Shown here piece after piece: positions 37,140 to 47,297 of a stretch of 58,706 nt of DNA. The notes under the pieces were generated by a model. That model did not search any database and was not told where the DNA came from. It saw only the letters and a list, made by a program, of their open reading frames with translations. Position 1 is the stretch's first letter. Each line of letters opens with the position of its first letter. The translations under genes and the position numbers were made by a program. Source of the stretch: an uncultured Oscillospiraceae bacterium (GTDB taxonomy: Bacteria; Bacillota; Clostridia; Oscillospirales; Oscillospiraceae); NCBI GenBank assembly GCA_947625945.1, contig CANQQI010000001.1, positions 1-58,706 of the forward strand. Reading direction: 5' to 3'.

Positions 37140-37417
37140 CCAAAAAAACAGTACTCAAAGCGCCAGAGCAAAAGCAGAATGATTCAGGCTTTTTCTGCTA
37201 TATTGGGCCTTCCATTCGGGGCCTTATCCAGAATGGCGCAATCTACATTGGAACCAGAGAGGAAGCGTTGAAATCAGCTTCTGCTGCGATCATGTACAAT
37301 CCTCTCGTTCAGACGTTGATTGTGCCGGGAGACACTCTGGCAGTTGACAGGATCAATGTAAAAAAGCCCGGAAACGCACTGTACTCAAATTATCAGCGCA
37401 TACTCCGGGGGCAGTAA
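37130..37417 (+). CDS. Tail-region hypothetical protein
   Basis: YIGPSI..G.IY.G. Confidence 0.7.
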   Translation: MAVAKKTVLKAPEQKQNDSGFFCYIGPSIRGLIQNGAIYIGTREEALKSASAAIMYNPLVQTLIVPGDTLAVDRINVKKPGNALYSNYQRILRGQ

Positions 37418-37432
37418 GGAGGTTATAACGCA

Positions 37433-38869
37433 ATGAATCATGGTGTATATGTGAAGGAACAGGCGACAGCAATCAGTACTCCAAATGTTGCCGGTTCTGG
37501 GATCCCCTTTGTTGTAGGACTTGCGCCTATGCATTCCGCAACAAATCCGGGAAAGGCCAATACCCCGATCCTTGTCACGAGTTGGGATGAGGCCGTGAAA
37601 AAGCTGGGGTTTTCGTATGACTGGAAGACCTATACGCTGTGCGAGTTCATGTACTCGCATTTTCAGCTTTTTGGATGCCAGCCGGTCATTTTCTGCAATG
37701 TATTGGACTTCACAAAGTCCAATACAGATCTTACGGCCAATGATTACCCGGTTGTTGACCATAAGGCGAAACTCCCGTTTTCTCTGATCAATGATGACAA
37801 CTTGGTTGTCAAGAAGGGAGGGGAAGAAGAAACTACTTACATCAAGGACCAGGATTACGTCGTCGTATATTCGGAAGATGATGACGCCTGCTATATCGAG
37901 CTGCTGTCCACTGGCGACGCATACAACGAGGGTACTATTAACGTGGCAGGAAAGCAGGTCAAAGTGGATGCAGTGGAAGATACTACTATCGTAGCCGGCC
38001 TGAATATGGTCGACGCCTGCATGAGCACGGTGGCGGTTATCCCAGATCTGATTTGTGCTCCTGGGTTCTCCCATAAGACAACTGTTGCGGCGGTTATGGC
38101 AACGAAAGCAGCCTCCTTGAATAGCCTGTTTGGCGGCAAGGCGCTAATCGACCTGGACTGTGGCGCATCTGGTGTGAGGGAATATTCCGAAGCAGCGACG
38201 GCAAAGACAGACAGTAACTTTGTCGATGACAACCAGATCGTCTGTTGGCCGATACAGAAACTGGGAGACTACCGATTCCACATGTCCACACAGGTCGCCG
38301 GCCTGATGGCACAGGTTGACACCCAGAACGGCGGATGTCCCTGTGAATCTCCCAGCAACAAGAATTTCCAGATGGATGGAGCTTGCCTGGAGGATGGTAC
38401 GGAGGTAAATCTGACGCTGGAACAGGCCAATATCCTCAACGCCAATGGCATCGTCACCTGCCTGAATTTCATGTCCAGCGGTTGGGTGTGCTGGGGTGAC
38501 TACACCGCCTGCTACCCTGCCGACACAGACGTGAAGAATTACTATATTCCGGTGTCTAGAATGTTCGATTGGGTCGGCAATACAGTGGTCCGCACATTCT
38601 GGTCTAAGCTGGACAAGCCGATGAACCGACGGCTCATTGACAATATTCTGGATACCTGCAATATCTGGCTGAATGGCCTGGTGGGCAGTGGCTATCTTCT
38701 GGGCGCACGGGCTGTGATGGTGGAAGATGAGAACCCGATAACGGATCTGATGGCGGGAATCGTCAAAATCCACATCTACATGACGCCTGCGAGCCCCGCC
38801 CAGGAAATCAATTTTGTCCTGGAATATGACGCTGCCTATGTTTCCAGCGCTTTGATAAGGGAGGAATAA
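37433..38869 (+). CDS. Contractile tail sheath protein
   Basis: HGVYVKEQAT, LICAPGFS, ESPSNK, ANILNANGI, PAQEINF. Confidence 0.92.
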   Translation: MNHGVYVKEQATAISTPNVAGSGIPFVVGLAPMHSATNPGKANTPILVTSWDEAVKKLGFSYDWKTYTLCEFMYSHFQLFGCQPVIFCNVLDFTKSNTDLTANDYPVVDHKAKLPFSLINDDNLVVKKGGEEETTYIKDQDYVVVYSEDDDACYIELLSTGDAYNEGTINVAGKQVKVDAVEDTTIVAGLNMVDACMSTVAVIPDLICAPGFSHKTTVAAVMATKAASLNSLFGGKALIDLDCGASGVREYSEAATAKTDSNFVDDNQIVCWPIQKLGDYRFHMSTQVAGLMAQVDTQNGGCPCESPSNKNFQMDGACLEDGTEVNLTLEQANILNANGIVTCLNFMSSGWVCWGDYTACYPADTDVKNYYIPVSRMFDWVGNTVVRTFWSKLDKPMNRRLIDNILDTCNIWLNGLVGSGYLLGARAVMVEDENPITDLMAGIVKIHIYMTPASPAQEINFVLEYDAAYVSSALIREE

Positions 38870-38872
38870 TGT

Positions 38873-39382
38873 ATGGATCAGAGTACCATTAACTTTGCGG
38901 TCTATGAAGATAGCTCGGAGTACCTGGGAATGGCAAGCGCAACAATGCCCAGCCTGAACGCGCTTACTCAGTCTATTTCCGGCGCCGGGGTTGCGGGGAA
39001 TATCGAGTCGGTTATCCTTGGCCACTACGATGCGCTGACCCTGGTCCTTGCTTTTCGCACTGTAAATCAGCATACGATCCGCCTGTCTGAGCCTCGGCGC
39101 CATACAATTGACCTTCGTATCGCTCAACAGACCGAAGACCCTGTATCCGGGACCATTAAAGTGCAGGCGGTAAAGCACATCTTCGTTGCGATCCCGAAGG
39201 TTGACAATGCCGGCACAGTTGCGCCCGCTTCGCCCAATGATGGGTCCGGTGAATATGCGGTCCGGTACTGGGCCACCTATATCGACGGGGAAAAAGTCCG
39301 TGAGGTTGATCCACTTAATTTCATTTGTGAAGTCAACGGAGTGGACTATTTGTCACCTGTCCGCAAAGCGCTCGGAAAATAA
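38873..39382 (+). CDS. Major tail tube protein (P2 FII-like)
   Basis: INFAVY..G.A..P..ISGAG.AG; EVDPLNFICEVNGVDYL. Confidence 0.9.
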   Translation: MDQSTINFAVYEDSSEYLGMASATMPSLNALTQSISGAGVAGNIESVILGHYDALTLVLAFRTVNQHTIRLSEPRRHTIDLRIAQQTEDPVSGTIKVQAVKHIFVAIPKVDNAGTVAPASPNDGSGEYAVRYWATYIDGEKVREVDPLNFICEVNGVDYLSPVRKALGK

Positions 39383-39390
39383 AATCATGC

Positions 39391-39420
39391 ATCCCAGGGC
39401 GAGACTAATCGCCCTGGGAT
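39391..39420 (+). other. 12-bp stem hairpin between tail tube and chaperone genes
   Basis: ATCCCAGGGCGA-GACTAA-TCGCCCTGGGAT, no U tract. Confidence 0.55.
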
Positions 39421-39441
39421 ATCGTTTGAAAGGAGCATTTT

Positions 39442-39825
39442 ATGGAAGTTATCAACACTTCTGATTCTAATAATCAGGCTATGATCATTTCGCCCGAAGA
39501 GTTGACTTCGGCTGAAGCTACAACCGCTGAAGTATATACCCACACTTTTGTGAAGCCCTTTACCTATGAGGGGAGAACCTTCAAGGAATTGCATTTTGAC
39601 TTTGACTCGGTGAATGGGTATGGGTGCTTGTCCATTGAGCAGGAGCTCCGCGCTCATGGCATTACAGTGCCTGTCCGAGAGTTTAGCTGCGAGTACCAGG
39701 TCCGCTTTGCAGCTCGCGCCTGCACCGATAAGGTCGGATCAGACGTCCTGATGGCCCTTCCCGCCAGGGACTTCAACCGGATCTGCAATATGGTGCGATC
39801 TTTTTTACTCCAATCGGGGTCGTAG
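39442..39825 (+). CDS. Tail assembly chaperone
   Basis: KPFTYEG..L.FDF..LPARDF. Confidence 0.85.
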   Translation: MEVINTSDSNNQAMIISPEELTSAEATTAEVYTHTFVKPFTYEGRTFKELHFDFDSVNGYGCLSIEQELRAHGITVPVREFSCEYQVRFAARACTDKVGSDVLMALPARDFNRICNMVRSFLLQSGS

Positions 39826-40040
39826 CCGGCGATGGGGGGCAATGGCTGAGACGGCAGTGTTTAGTGCTATCCCAGAACACATATACTCCCATTTCATTCT
39901 GGCTGTCTGTTTCGTTACGAGAATTATCTGTCTGGATAGAGGCAAACAACTTATTGACCAAAGAGATTCGAGACGCCAGAGACCAGCAACGATCGAAGTT
40001 ACAACAGGTACGGAGCAAAAAACCAAAGAAGCGAAGATAG
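39442..40040 (+). CDS. Frameshift-extended tail assembly chaperone (-1 PRF product)
   Basis: Slippery T TTT TTA at 39801-39807; -1 frame open to TAG 40040 (..TPISFWLSVSLRELSVWIEA..). Confidence 0.8.
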
Positions 40041-40050
40041 GGGGGCGACA

Positions 40051-43000
40051 ATGGCAAGCAGGAAAGAATATGAAATGCTATTCCGGCTTGATGCGCAGTT
40101 AGGGAGCAATTACAACAGCACATTCAGCTCGGCGCAGAAGGCTGTCCTTGCTATGGAGAAGGAATTGGGCGCCCTTGGGAAGGTCAAGGCTGATATTTCC
40201 GCATTCCAGAAGCAGCAGGAAGCCATTGAAGCGACCAAGAATAAGCTGGTAGTGTTGCAGCAGCAGTATGATAACATCCAAAAGGAATTACAGGAAACCG
40301 GTGATTCCTCCTCTGCGCTAAAAAACAAACTGCTTGATAAGCAGCAGCAGATTGATCGCACTACTGCCTCCCTCGGAAAGATGACGCAGAACCTGCAGCA
40401 GCTTGGATCTGCGCTGGAATCTGCCGGTGTCGATACCGAGAATCTCGAAAAAGAGAGCGCTCGGCTTGACTCACAGATGGCGGATCTGAGATCTCAGCAA
40501 AAACAAGCAGCTAATGGTGCTCAAGAATTTGGAGAGTCTTCCACCCGGGCGTTCGAGGCCATTCAAGATGCTATTGCCGCTGCTGGAATTGCTGCGGCCC
40601 TACATGAGATCTACAGTGCTTACATGGAATGCGTGACTGTCGCAGGAAACTTTGAAGCGTCCATGTCTAATGTGGAGGCACTGTCCGGAGCGACTGCCGA
40701 AGAAATGAATGCGCTGAGCAGCGAGGCAAAGGAACTCGGCGCTACCACCAAATTTACCGCCAAAGAGTCAGCCGATGCTATGGGATATATGGCAATGGCA
40801 GGCTGGGATGCAGCCGAAATGCTCAGCGGTATGGATGGTGTGCTACAACTTGCAGCCGCTTCCGGGGAAGATCTGGCACTGGTGTCCGATATTGTCACAG
40901 ACAACCTAACTGCCTTTGGCCTTACAGCAGCCGACACCGCTCATTTTTCGGATGTGCTTGCGGCAGCAGCTACCAACTCCAATACTTCCGTCGCTGTCAT
41001 GGGTGAGACGTTCAGGAATTCAGCAAGTGTTGCGGGAGCCCTAGGTTATAGCATCAATGATGTTGCGATCGCTGTTGGCCTTATGGCCAACGCCGGCACA
41101 AAGGGCAGCCGCGCAGGCACCGCGCTACGAAATATTTTCGGTGGGCTTTTGGACGGAGTAACGCTTACAAGTGCGGCATTTGGAGAAGTGGAGTACTCAG
41201 CGGTGAAAGCCGACGGCACAATGGCCAGTTTTTCCGAGACGATCGATGATCTCCGTGGCTATTTCAACCAGATGACGGAGGCGGAAAAGGTAAGCAATGC
41301 GACCGTTTTGGCCGGTGAGAGAGGTTATACGGGTCTCCTTGCCATCTTAAACGCCACCGATGAAGACTACGCAAGTTTGGCGGCAAGTATCAATAATTGT
41401 TCCGGCGAAGCGGCTAAAATGGCAGCGATCAAAATGAACAATATGAACGGCCAGCTTGCGCTGTTGAAGTCTGCATGGGAAGCTGTAGAAACAACAGTCG
41501 GAGAGCAGTTCACGCCAACGATGCAAGACGCTTATGGCGCTGGTGCAGATGTGCTGACCGAGGTTAATAAATTCTTGCAGGCGCACCCGACATTGGTCAA
41601 AGCCGTAGCAACTTTTGGTGGGGTTCTTGGTTCGGCAGTAGCAGCGCTAACTGCCTTTGCGGCAATCACAAAGGTTGTAATTCCTTTGATGCAGCTTTTC
41701 ACATCCTCCATTCCAGGGGTCGGTATTATTCTCGGCGCAATTACGGGCGTTGCTGCATTAACTGCGGGGATTGTCGCATTGACATCTGCTGCGGATGATG
41801 GGCGGCCGTCGCTGGAAGAGTTAACGGCATCCGCCACGGAAATGAACAAGACCCTGGAAGATGCATCTGCTGCCTATGACGACACTGTAGCATCGACACT
41901 TGCGGCTGCCAATGTGGCAAATAATTATATCGATAAACTAGATGAGATGGGCGACTATACAAGCCTGTCTGCTGAAGAACAACTGAAATACCGAAACATT
42001 CTTACACTGATTAGTGAGACTGTTCCGGAACTTTCGGGGCTTATCGATGTACAGAATGGCTACATTGAAGGCGGGACTGCGGCATTGCGTGCGAATACCG
42101 ATGCGTGGATGCGGAATGCCAAGGCCCAAGCGTACCAGGACCAACTAACGGAGATGTACCGCGCTCAGGCTGATGTTCTTTTGGAAGCTGAAAAGAACCA
42201 AGTCAGGCTGACGGAAGCTCAAGTAAAAGGCGAAAATGCAGCCAATGCCCGTGCTGCGGCAGAGGCCCGAATGCATGAAATTGAAGCGCGCGCAAGGGCG
42301 GATGCTGAAAAGGCCAACAAAGAGCTTGGATCCCAGTTCTACAATTACCTGAACTGCTTGGGCGAGGAAAGTGATGAGTATTACAGACTTTCCGATGCCA
42401 TTGCGCAATATGATGTCGAAATCCATGCGGCTCAGGCGGAAGCGGCTGAATATGAAGCGGCGATCCAAGCTGATGCCGAAGCTGTAAATGCGGCTGAGGC
42501 AGAAATCGCTGAAACAGAAGAGGCCGTCAACCGGCTGACCGCAGCGTTGGGCGAAGGCGAGCAGACCGTTGACAGCACCATTGAACAGCAGCAGGCACTA
42601 CAGGAATCTGTAAATAGTGTATTCGCATCTGTAGAGGAGCTTACAAATGCCTATACAGAGGCATACGACGCTGCATTTGACAGCGTTAACGGACAGTATC
42701 AGTTGTGGGATAGCGCCGCAGAAGTGGTTGCAACCAGCGCAGATACCATAAACGAAGCTCTGTCTAGCCAAGTCACATATTGGCAGGATTACAACGCAAA
42801 TCTGCAAAGCTTGATGGACCGTGCCAGCGGTATTGATGGCTTAAGCGACATGATCGCCAGTTTTGCCGATGGGTCCGCCGAGAGCGTGAACGCCATCGCC
42901 GGCCTTGCAAGTGCCAACACCAGTGACGAAGATCTAGCAGCAATTGTGGCCAACTGGCAGTTATTGCAGGATGAGCAAGGAGCGGTAAGTGACAGTCTGG

Positions 43001-43578
43001 CGGAAATGGCGACCCATTATACAGATGAAATGGACCGCCTGCAAGAACAAATAGCAGCAGATGTCAATGCTATGGATTTCGGGGCAGAAGCTGCGGAAAG
43101 CGCAATGGCGACCATTCAAGGTTTTATTGATGGCGCCATAGGTATGCAGCCGCAAGTCGAGGAGGCATACGCCAAAATCGCCGAAGCTGCCATGAACGCA
43201 ATCGATGCGAAATTGAAAATTCACAGTCCGTCTCGCGTCATGCATGAGAAAGCCGAAATGACTTGGGCCGGTTACATCCAAGGCACGGAGGATCAGGAGC
43301 CGGAAGTACAAGCTGTAATGGCTAACACTGCGGGATACGCTGTTGATGCAGTTCCAACTGACGGAGCGATGACCAGCGCAATCTCTGCTGAGCCGATAGC
43401 AGCTAGTGAAGCGTCAACTTATGTTGTCACATTTTCTCCGGTTTATAATATTACTGGCACTGAGAACGCCGCAGAACTGGAAGCCTTGCTCAAAGAGCAT
43501 GACCAAGAATTGTACCAAAAGTTTTCGGAGTGGATGGCGGAAATCGGCGCAGATGAAAAAAGGACGGCATATCGATGA
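40051..43578 (+). CDS. Tail tape measure protein (TP901-type core)
   Basis: FEASMSNVEALSGAT..LGATTKFTAKESADAMGYMAMAGW; IHSPSR. Confidence 0.95.
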   Translation: MASRKEYEMLFRLDAQLGSNYNSTFSSAQKAVLAMEKELGALGKVKADISAFQKQQEAIEATKNKLVVLQQQYDNIQKELQETGDSSSALKNKLLDKQQQIDRTTASLGKMTQNLQQLGSALESAGVDTENLEKESARLDSQMADLRSQQKQAANGAQEFGESSTRAFEAIQDAIAAAGIAAALHEIYSAYMECVTVAGNFEASMSNVEALSGATAEEMNALSSEAKELGATTKFTAKESADAMGYMAMAGWDAAEMLSGMDGVLQLAAASGEDLALVSDIVTDNLTAFGLTAADTAHFSDVLAAAATNSNTSVAVMGETFRNSASVAGALGYSINDVAIAVGLMANAGTKGSRAGTALRNIFGGLLDGVTLTSAAFGEVEYSAVKADGTMASFSETIDDLRGYFNQMTEAEKVSNATVLAGERGYTGLLAILNATDEDYASLAASINNCSGEAAKMAAIKMNNMNGQLALLKSAWEAVETTVGEQFTPTMQDAYGAGADVLTEVNKFLQAHPTLVKAVATFGGVLGSAVAALTAFAAITKVVIPLMQLFTSSIPGVGIILGAITGVAALTAGIVALTSAADDGRPSLEELTASATEMNKTLEDASAAYDDTVASTLAAANVANNYIDKLDEMGDYTSLSAEEQLKYRNILTLISETVPELSGLIDVQNGYIEGGTAALRANTDAWMRNAKAQAYQDQLTEMYRAQADVLLEAEKNQVRLTEAQVKGENAANARAAAEARMHEIEARARADAEKANKELGSQFYNYLNCLGEESDEYYRLSDAIAQYDVEIHAAQAEAAEYEAAIQADAEAVNAAEAEIAETEEAVNRLTAALGEGEQTVDSTIEQQQALQESVNSVFASVEELTNAYTEAYDAAFDSVNGQYQLWDSAAEVVATSADTINEALSSQVTYWQDYNANLQSLMDRASGIDGLSDMIASFADGSAESVNAIAGLASANTSDEDLAAIVANWQLLQDEQGAVSDSLAEMATHYTDEMDRLQEQIAADVNAMDFGAEAAESAMATIQGFIDGAIGMQPQVEEAYAKIAEAAMNAIDAKLKIHSPSRVMHEKAEMTWAGYIQGTEDQEPEVQAVMANTAGYAVDAVPTDGAMTSAISAEPIAASEASTYVVTFSPVYNITGTENAAELEALLKEHDQELYQKFSEWMAEIGADEKRTAYR

Positions 43579-43784
43579 GATCGTATATCACTAGACAGGG
43601 CGATATGTGGGATAGCATTGCGTACTCCCAACTCGGTGATGAAGCCTACACCGATAAGATAATCAACCTGAACCAGCGATACCGGAACAACTATTCTTTC
43701 CCAGCGGGAATCAAATTGTTGCTCCCAGATACCGTTGAAAACGTCAGCGATTCTGTACCGCCATGGAAGAAGGTGACTGGATGA
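43575..43784 (+). CDS. Tail protein X (LysM-like)
   Basis: YITRQGDMWDSIAY..FPAGIKLLLP. Confidence 0.88.
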   Translation: MRSYITRQGDMWDSIAYSQLGDEAYTDKIINLNQRYRNNYSFPAGIKLLLPDTVENVSDSVPPWKKVTG

Positions 43785-45100
43785 GCGGGGAAGGATTAGC
43801 TCGCCGCGCGAATGTAGATATCAACTTCGACGGGACTGATATAACACATTCGATCCGACCCTATCTTCTTTCGGTCACTTATACAGACAACGAAGAAGAT
43901 GCCGCTGATGATCTTCAAATTAAGATTCAGGATCGAGATTCGGTTTGGATGGAAAGGTGGCTCAACGATGCAATCGATGCTGCTGCGACAACAGAGCAGC
44001 AGGAGGTTGCCACCAAGACATATAAGGTGACTCCCGCCATCGGGTTAAATGTTCGCTCTGGGCCAGGCACCAATTATGCGAAATATGGCGCGCTTGTATG
44101 TGGAACAACAATAGACGTCATCAGCATATCCGGCGGCTGGGCGACCATCAACTATGGGGGGAAAACGGCCTACGTCAGTGCGGATTATATCCAACCGCTC
44201 GAAGGTGAAAGATCATCTCAGCAAAGCGGCCATGGACCCAGTACGGTCCTTAAAATACAATGTGTCATTTCCAGGCTCAACTGGGAAGGCAACGGCAGAA
44301 GTGAGGTGCTGGATTGTGGCCAATTTGAACTGGACACGGTGAATGCTTCTGGACCTCCTGCAGTCGTGAATATTAAGGCCACATCTCTCCCCTATACGTC
44401 CAAGATCCGGCAAACCGAGAAATCAAAAGCATGGGAAGCATATTGCCTTTCTGGGATAGCGAATGAAATAGCTTCGACCAACGGAATGGCGTGCCTGTAT
44501 GAGTCTGAAAATGATCCGTACTATGCCAGGGTAGAGCAATATAAGACGAGCGACATATCGTTTTTATCGTCGCTTTGCCATGAAGCTGGTATATCCTTAA
44601 AGGCAACGAATAACATTTTGGTCCTGTTCGATCAAGCAACGTATGAAGCCCGCTCGGAAGTACTGACCTTATTACATGGTGGGGGAGGGTATACCAAATA
44701 TAAGTTGGATGTAGGATCTGCTGACTCTCTGTATTCTTCCTGTCGCGTAAGCTATGTCGATCCCAAATCAGGTAATTGCATCGAAGGAATTGCGAAAGTA
44801 GAGGACTACAATGCCAGCGCAAAGAACAATCAACAGTTGGAAGTCACTGCGAAAGTGTCAGATGCTGATGAGGCAAAGCGGCTTGCGTCGAAGATGCTGC
44901 GCCTTCATAACAAGTTTTCGAGATCTGCATCTTTTACAATTCCTGGGAATCCTAATATTGTATCAGGCGTTACTGTTCGTCTGATCGGCTGGGGAGGTTG
45001 GAATGGGAAATATATCGTGAAGCAAGCAACACATACCGTCGATGGGTCAGGCGGCTACACAACCCAGATCAATCTTCGCAGAGTTTTGGAGGGGTACTAA
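43781..45100 (+). CDS. Baseplate hub / late control D-like protein with an inserted SH3b domain
   Basis: YTDNEEDAADDLQI; Q..SDISFLS.LC; SH3b GLNVRSGPGTNY..GWATINYGG..YVSADY. Confidence 0.88.
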   Translation: MSGEGLARRANVDINFDGTDITHSIRPYLLSVTYTDNEEDAADDLQIKIQDRDSVWMERWLNDAIDAAATTEQQEVATKTYKVTPAIGLNVRSGPGTNYAKYGALVCGTTIDVISISGGWATINYGGKTAYVSADYIQPLEGERSSQQSGHGPSTVLKIQCVISRLNWEGNGRSEVLDCGQFELDTVNASGPPAVVNIKATSLPYTSKIRQTEKSKAWEAYCLSGIANEIASTNGMACLYESENDPYYARVEQYKTSDISFLSSLCHEAGISLKATNNILVLFDQATYEARSEVLTLLHGGGGYTKYKLDVGSADSLYSSCRVSYVDPKSGNCIEGIAKVEDYNASAKNNQQLEVTAKVSDADEAKRLASKMLRLHNKFSRSASFTIPGNPNIVSGVTVRLIGWGGWNGKYIVKQATHTVDGSGGYTTQINLRRVLEGY

Positions 45101-45101
45101 A

Positions 45102-45410
45102 GTGGCTGATAAAGTTTTGGAAAACCTGGTAAGAGTAGGGACCGTCACAGCTATAAATCTGGATGAGCGCACTGCCCGCGTAAAATTCCAGGATACCGGG
45201 ATCACATCAGGTTATTTGAAAGTCCTATCAAATCAGCCTTATATCCCAGACTACGATGTACCGCAGTGTACGGAGTTGGATGCAACTGTCGGAAGTCACA
45301 AGCACAACCTGATAATAAAGCCTTGGATGCCGCATGTCAATGACACTGTACTTGTGCTGTATCTGCCGGTGTTTAATGCTGATGGATTCGTGCTGGGGGG
45401 TCTTGGGTAA
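45102..45410 (+). CDS. Baseplate spike (gpV-like)
   Basis: RVGTV..ARVKF..P.VNDTVLVL..DGFVLG. Confidence 0.8.
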   Translation: MADKVLENLVRVGTVTAINLDERTARVKFQDTGITSGYLKVLSNQPYIPDYDVPQCTELDATVGSHKHNLIIKPWMPHVNDTVLVLYLPVFNADGFVLGGLG

Positions 45411-45805
45411 TGGCAAAAATTGGATGTTTGGGCAGCGTTGTATTTGAAGTGTCTGCAAAGACCGTTAGAACAATCAGAAATATGATCCTTTCTGTCTCCG
45501 CGCGATACAGTACGCATCAGCTCCATGGAACAACGGCCCAAGTCGAATATACTGGCGCAGACCCAGCACGCATTACCTTTGATATTGATTTGTCAGCATA
45601 TTTGGGGGTGAATCCAAGATCTGAGATCGCCATACTTGAAGGATATGTGAGAAGTGGTGTTGCTGTGCCATTTGTCATTGGCAATAGCATCTATGTCAGT
45701 TATCGCTGGGTCATAACCGATTGCAAAGTTAAGATGCAGTACTATGACCGTGATGGTGATGTAACAAGTGCGACGGTATCCGTAAGCCTGACAGAGTACC
45801 GATGA
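45410..45805 (+). CDS. P2 gpU-like tail protein
   Basis: IGCLGSVVFEVS..EYTG..V.LTEY. Confidence 0.82.
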   Translation: MAKIGCLGSVVFEVSAKTVRTIRNMILSVSARYSTHQLHGTTAQVEYTGADPARITFDIDLSAYLGVNPRSEIAILEGYVRSGVAVPFVIGNSIYVSYRWVITDCKVKMQYYDRDGDVTSATVSVSLTEYR

Positions 45806-45820
45806 TTTAGAGGTGTTTCC

Positions 45821-46141
45821 ATGAGTTATAAGGTGAGCGCAGCGGACTTGACGAAAATCCGATTAAACGAATCTGATACCGTCGTTTCGGTGCTCCAAAA
45901 TATTGCCATTATTTTGGCTACAAAGCAGGGAACGGTTCCACTGTATCGCAGTTTCGGTACTGATCATAGATTCGTGGATAAGCCCATTCCTGTTGCGAAA
46001 ACAATGCTCTACGTTGATGTGAGAGAAGCGATCGAACGATTTGAGCCAAGAGCTCAAGTTGTAAACATCACATTTCAGGAGGACCCAACAGCCCCAGGTG
46101 TATTAAATGTTACGGTGGAGGTGGAAATCGTTGAGCAGTAG
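45821..46141 (+). CDS. Baseplate wedge gpW/gp25-like protein
   Basis: ILAT.QGTVPLYRSFG..AIERFEPRA. Confidence 0.85.
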   Translation: MSYKVSAADLTKIRLNESDTVVSVLQNIAIILATKQGTVPLYRSFGTDHRFVDKPIPVAKTMLYVDVREAIERFEPRAQVVNITFQEDPTAPGVLNVTVEVEIVEQ

Positions 46142-47297
46142 GAATCCGGATTACCAATTTGTCAGCACCGATACAGAGCAGTTAGAGGCAAAACTGATCT
46201 CCGCATATGAAAAGATTACCGGCGTCAGCGTACATCCCGGAAGCCCAGAACGATTATTTATCGCATGGGTAGCATATACCATCCTGCTGGAACGCATTGA
46301 CAACAACTATACCGGCAATCAAAATATTCCCAGCAGAGCAGAGGGCGCAAACCTGGATGCTCTTGGGGAGCTTTTTTATGTGATGGAGCGGCCCACGGCT
46401 ACAAGTGCTGCCTGTACAGTTCGATTCATTATATCGGAAGCGCAAGAATCTGCAATCCTTGTGCCGGCTGGAACACGCGTCACGGATGCCAGCAGGGTGC
46501 TTGTGTGGGAAACCAGAGAAGATGCTTATATCCCTGCTGGGGTGACCTACATTGATCTCACAGTCTACTGCCAGACTCCTGGCCTTGCAGGGAACGGGTA
46601 TACTGCCGGACAAATCAATACGATTGTAGATGTGTTCGACTACTATCTGTCCTGCGAAAATATCACGGAAAGTGACGGTGGCTCCGATGCCGCTACTGAT
46701 GAAGAATTCTACGAGTTGATGCGCGCAAGCATGGACGCACACAGTACGGCAGGTGCAGTTGGCAGCTATATCTATTGGGCCAAACGGGTGTCCACGGAGA
46801 TTTTGGACGTTGTTCCCAATTCGCCTATACCGGGAGAGGTATATATCTATGTCCTGACCAAAGATGGCACGATTGCCGGCGAGGAGCTGAAAAAGGCTGT
46901 CTTTGCCGCTTGTAATGGTGATGAGGTACGGCCTTTTACCGATCATGTGCAGATGGCTGACCCTGGTGTTGTGACATATGATATCGACATCACATATTAC
47001 GTGCCCAATAATACGACCATCAGTTCTACTGCCATCCACGAGGCCGTAGAAGATGCCATCAACGGTTATATTGCGTGGCAGTCTGGCAGGCTTGGCCGTG
47101 ACATCAATCCATCGGAGCTTTACGGTCGGATCATGAAAACTGGGGTAAAGCGTATAGAATTGAGAAAGCCAATCTTTACGGCATTGCAGGATGGGAAACT
47201 GGACCCTGAAAAGGTCTACGAGATATCTCAAACAATCCCCCAGGTTGCCAAACTTGGCACGAAGACGATCATAGTAGGGGGGTATGAAGATGAGTGA
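46131..47297 (+). CDS. Baseplate J protein
   Basis: AEGANLDALG; GGSDAATDEE; STAGAVGSY; VRPFTD. Confidence 0.92.
   Translation: MSSRNPDYQFVSTDTEQLEAKLISAYEKITGVSVHPGSPERLFIAWVAYTILLERIDNNYTGNQNIPSRAEGANLDALGELFYVMERPTATSAACTVRFIISEAQESAILVPAGTRVTDASRVLVWETREDAYIPAGVTYIDLTVYCQTPGLAGNGYTAGQINTIVDVFDYYLSCENITESDGGSDAATDEEFYELMRASMDAHSTAGAVGSYIYWAKRVSTEILDVVPNSPIPGEVYIYVLTKDGTIAGEELKKAVFAACNGDEVRPFTDHVQMADPGVVTYDIDITYYVPNNTTISSTAIHEAVEDAINGYIAWQSGRLGRDINPSELYGRIMKTGVKRIELRKPIFTALQDGKLDPEKVYEISQTIPQVAKLGTKTIIVGGYEDE

Noticed and set aside
22094-39434. 15-bp repeat TATCGTTTGAAAGGA at 22094 and 39420, both beside hairpins
   Set aside because: About one exact 15-mer match is expected by chance in a window this size, and part of it is SD-like; only two copies were found
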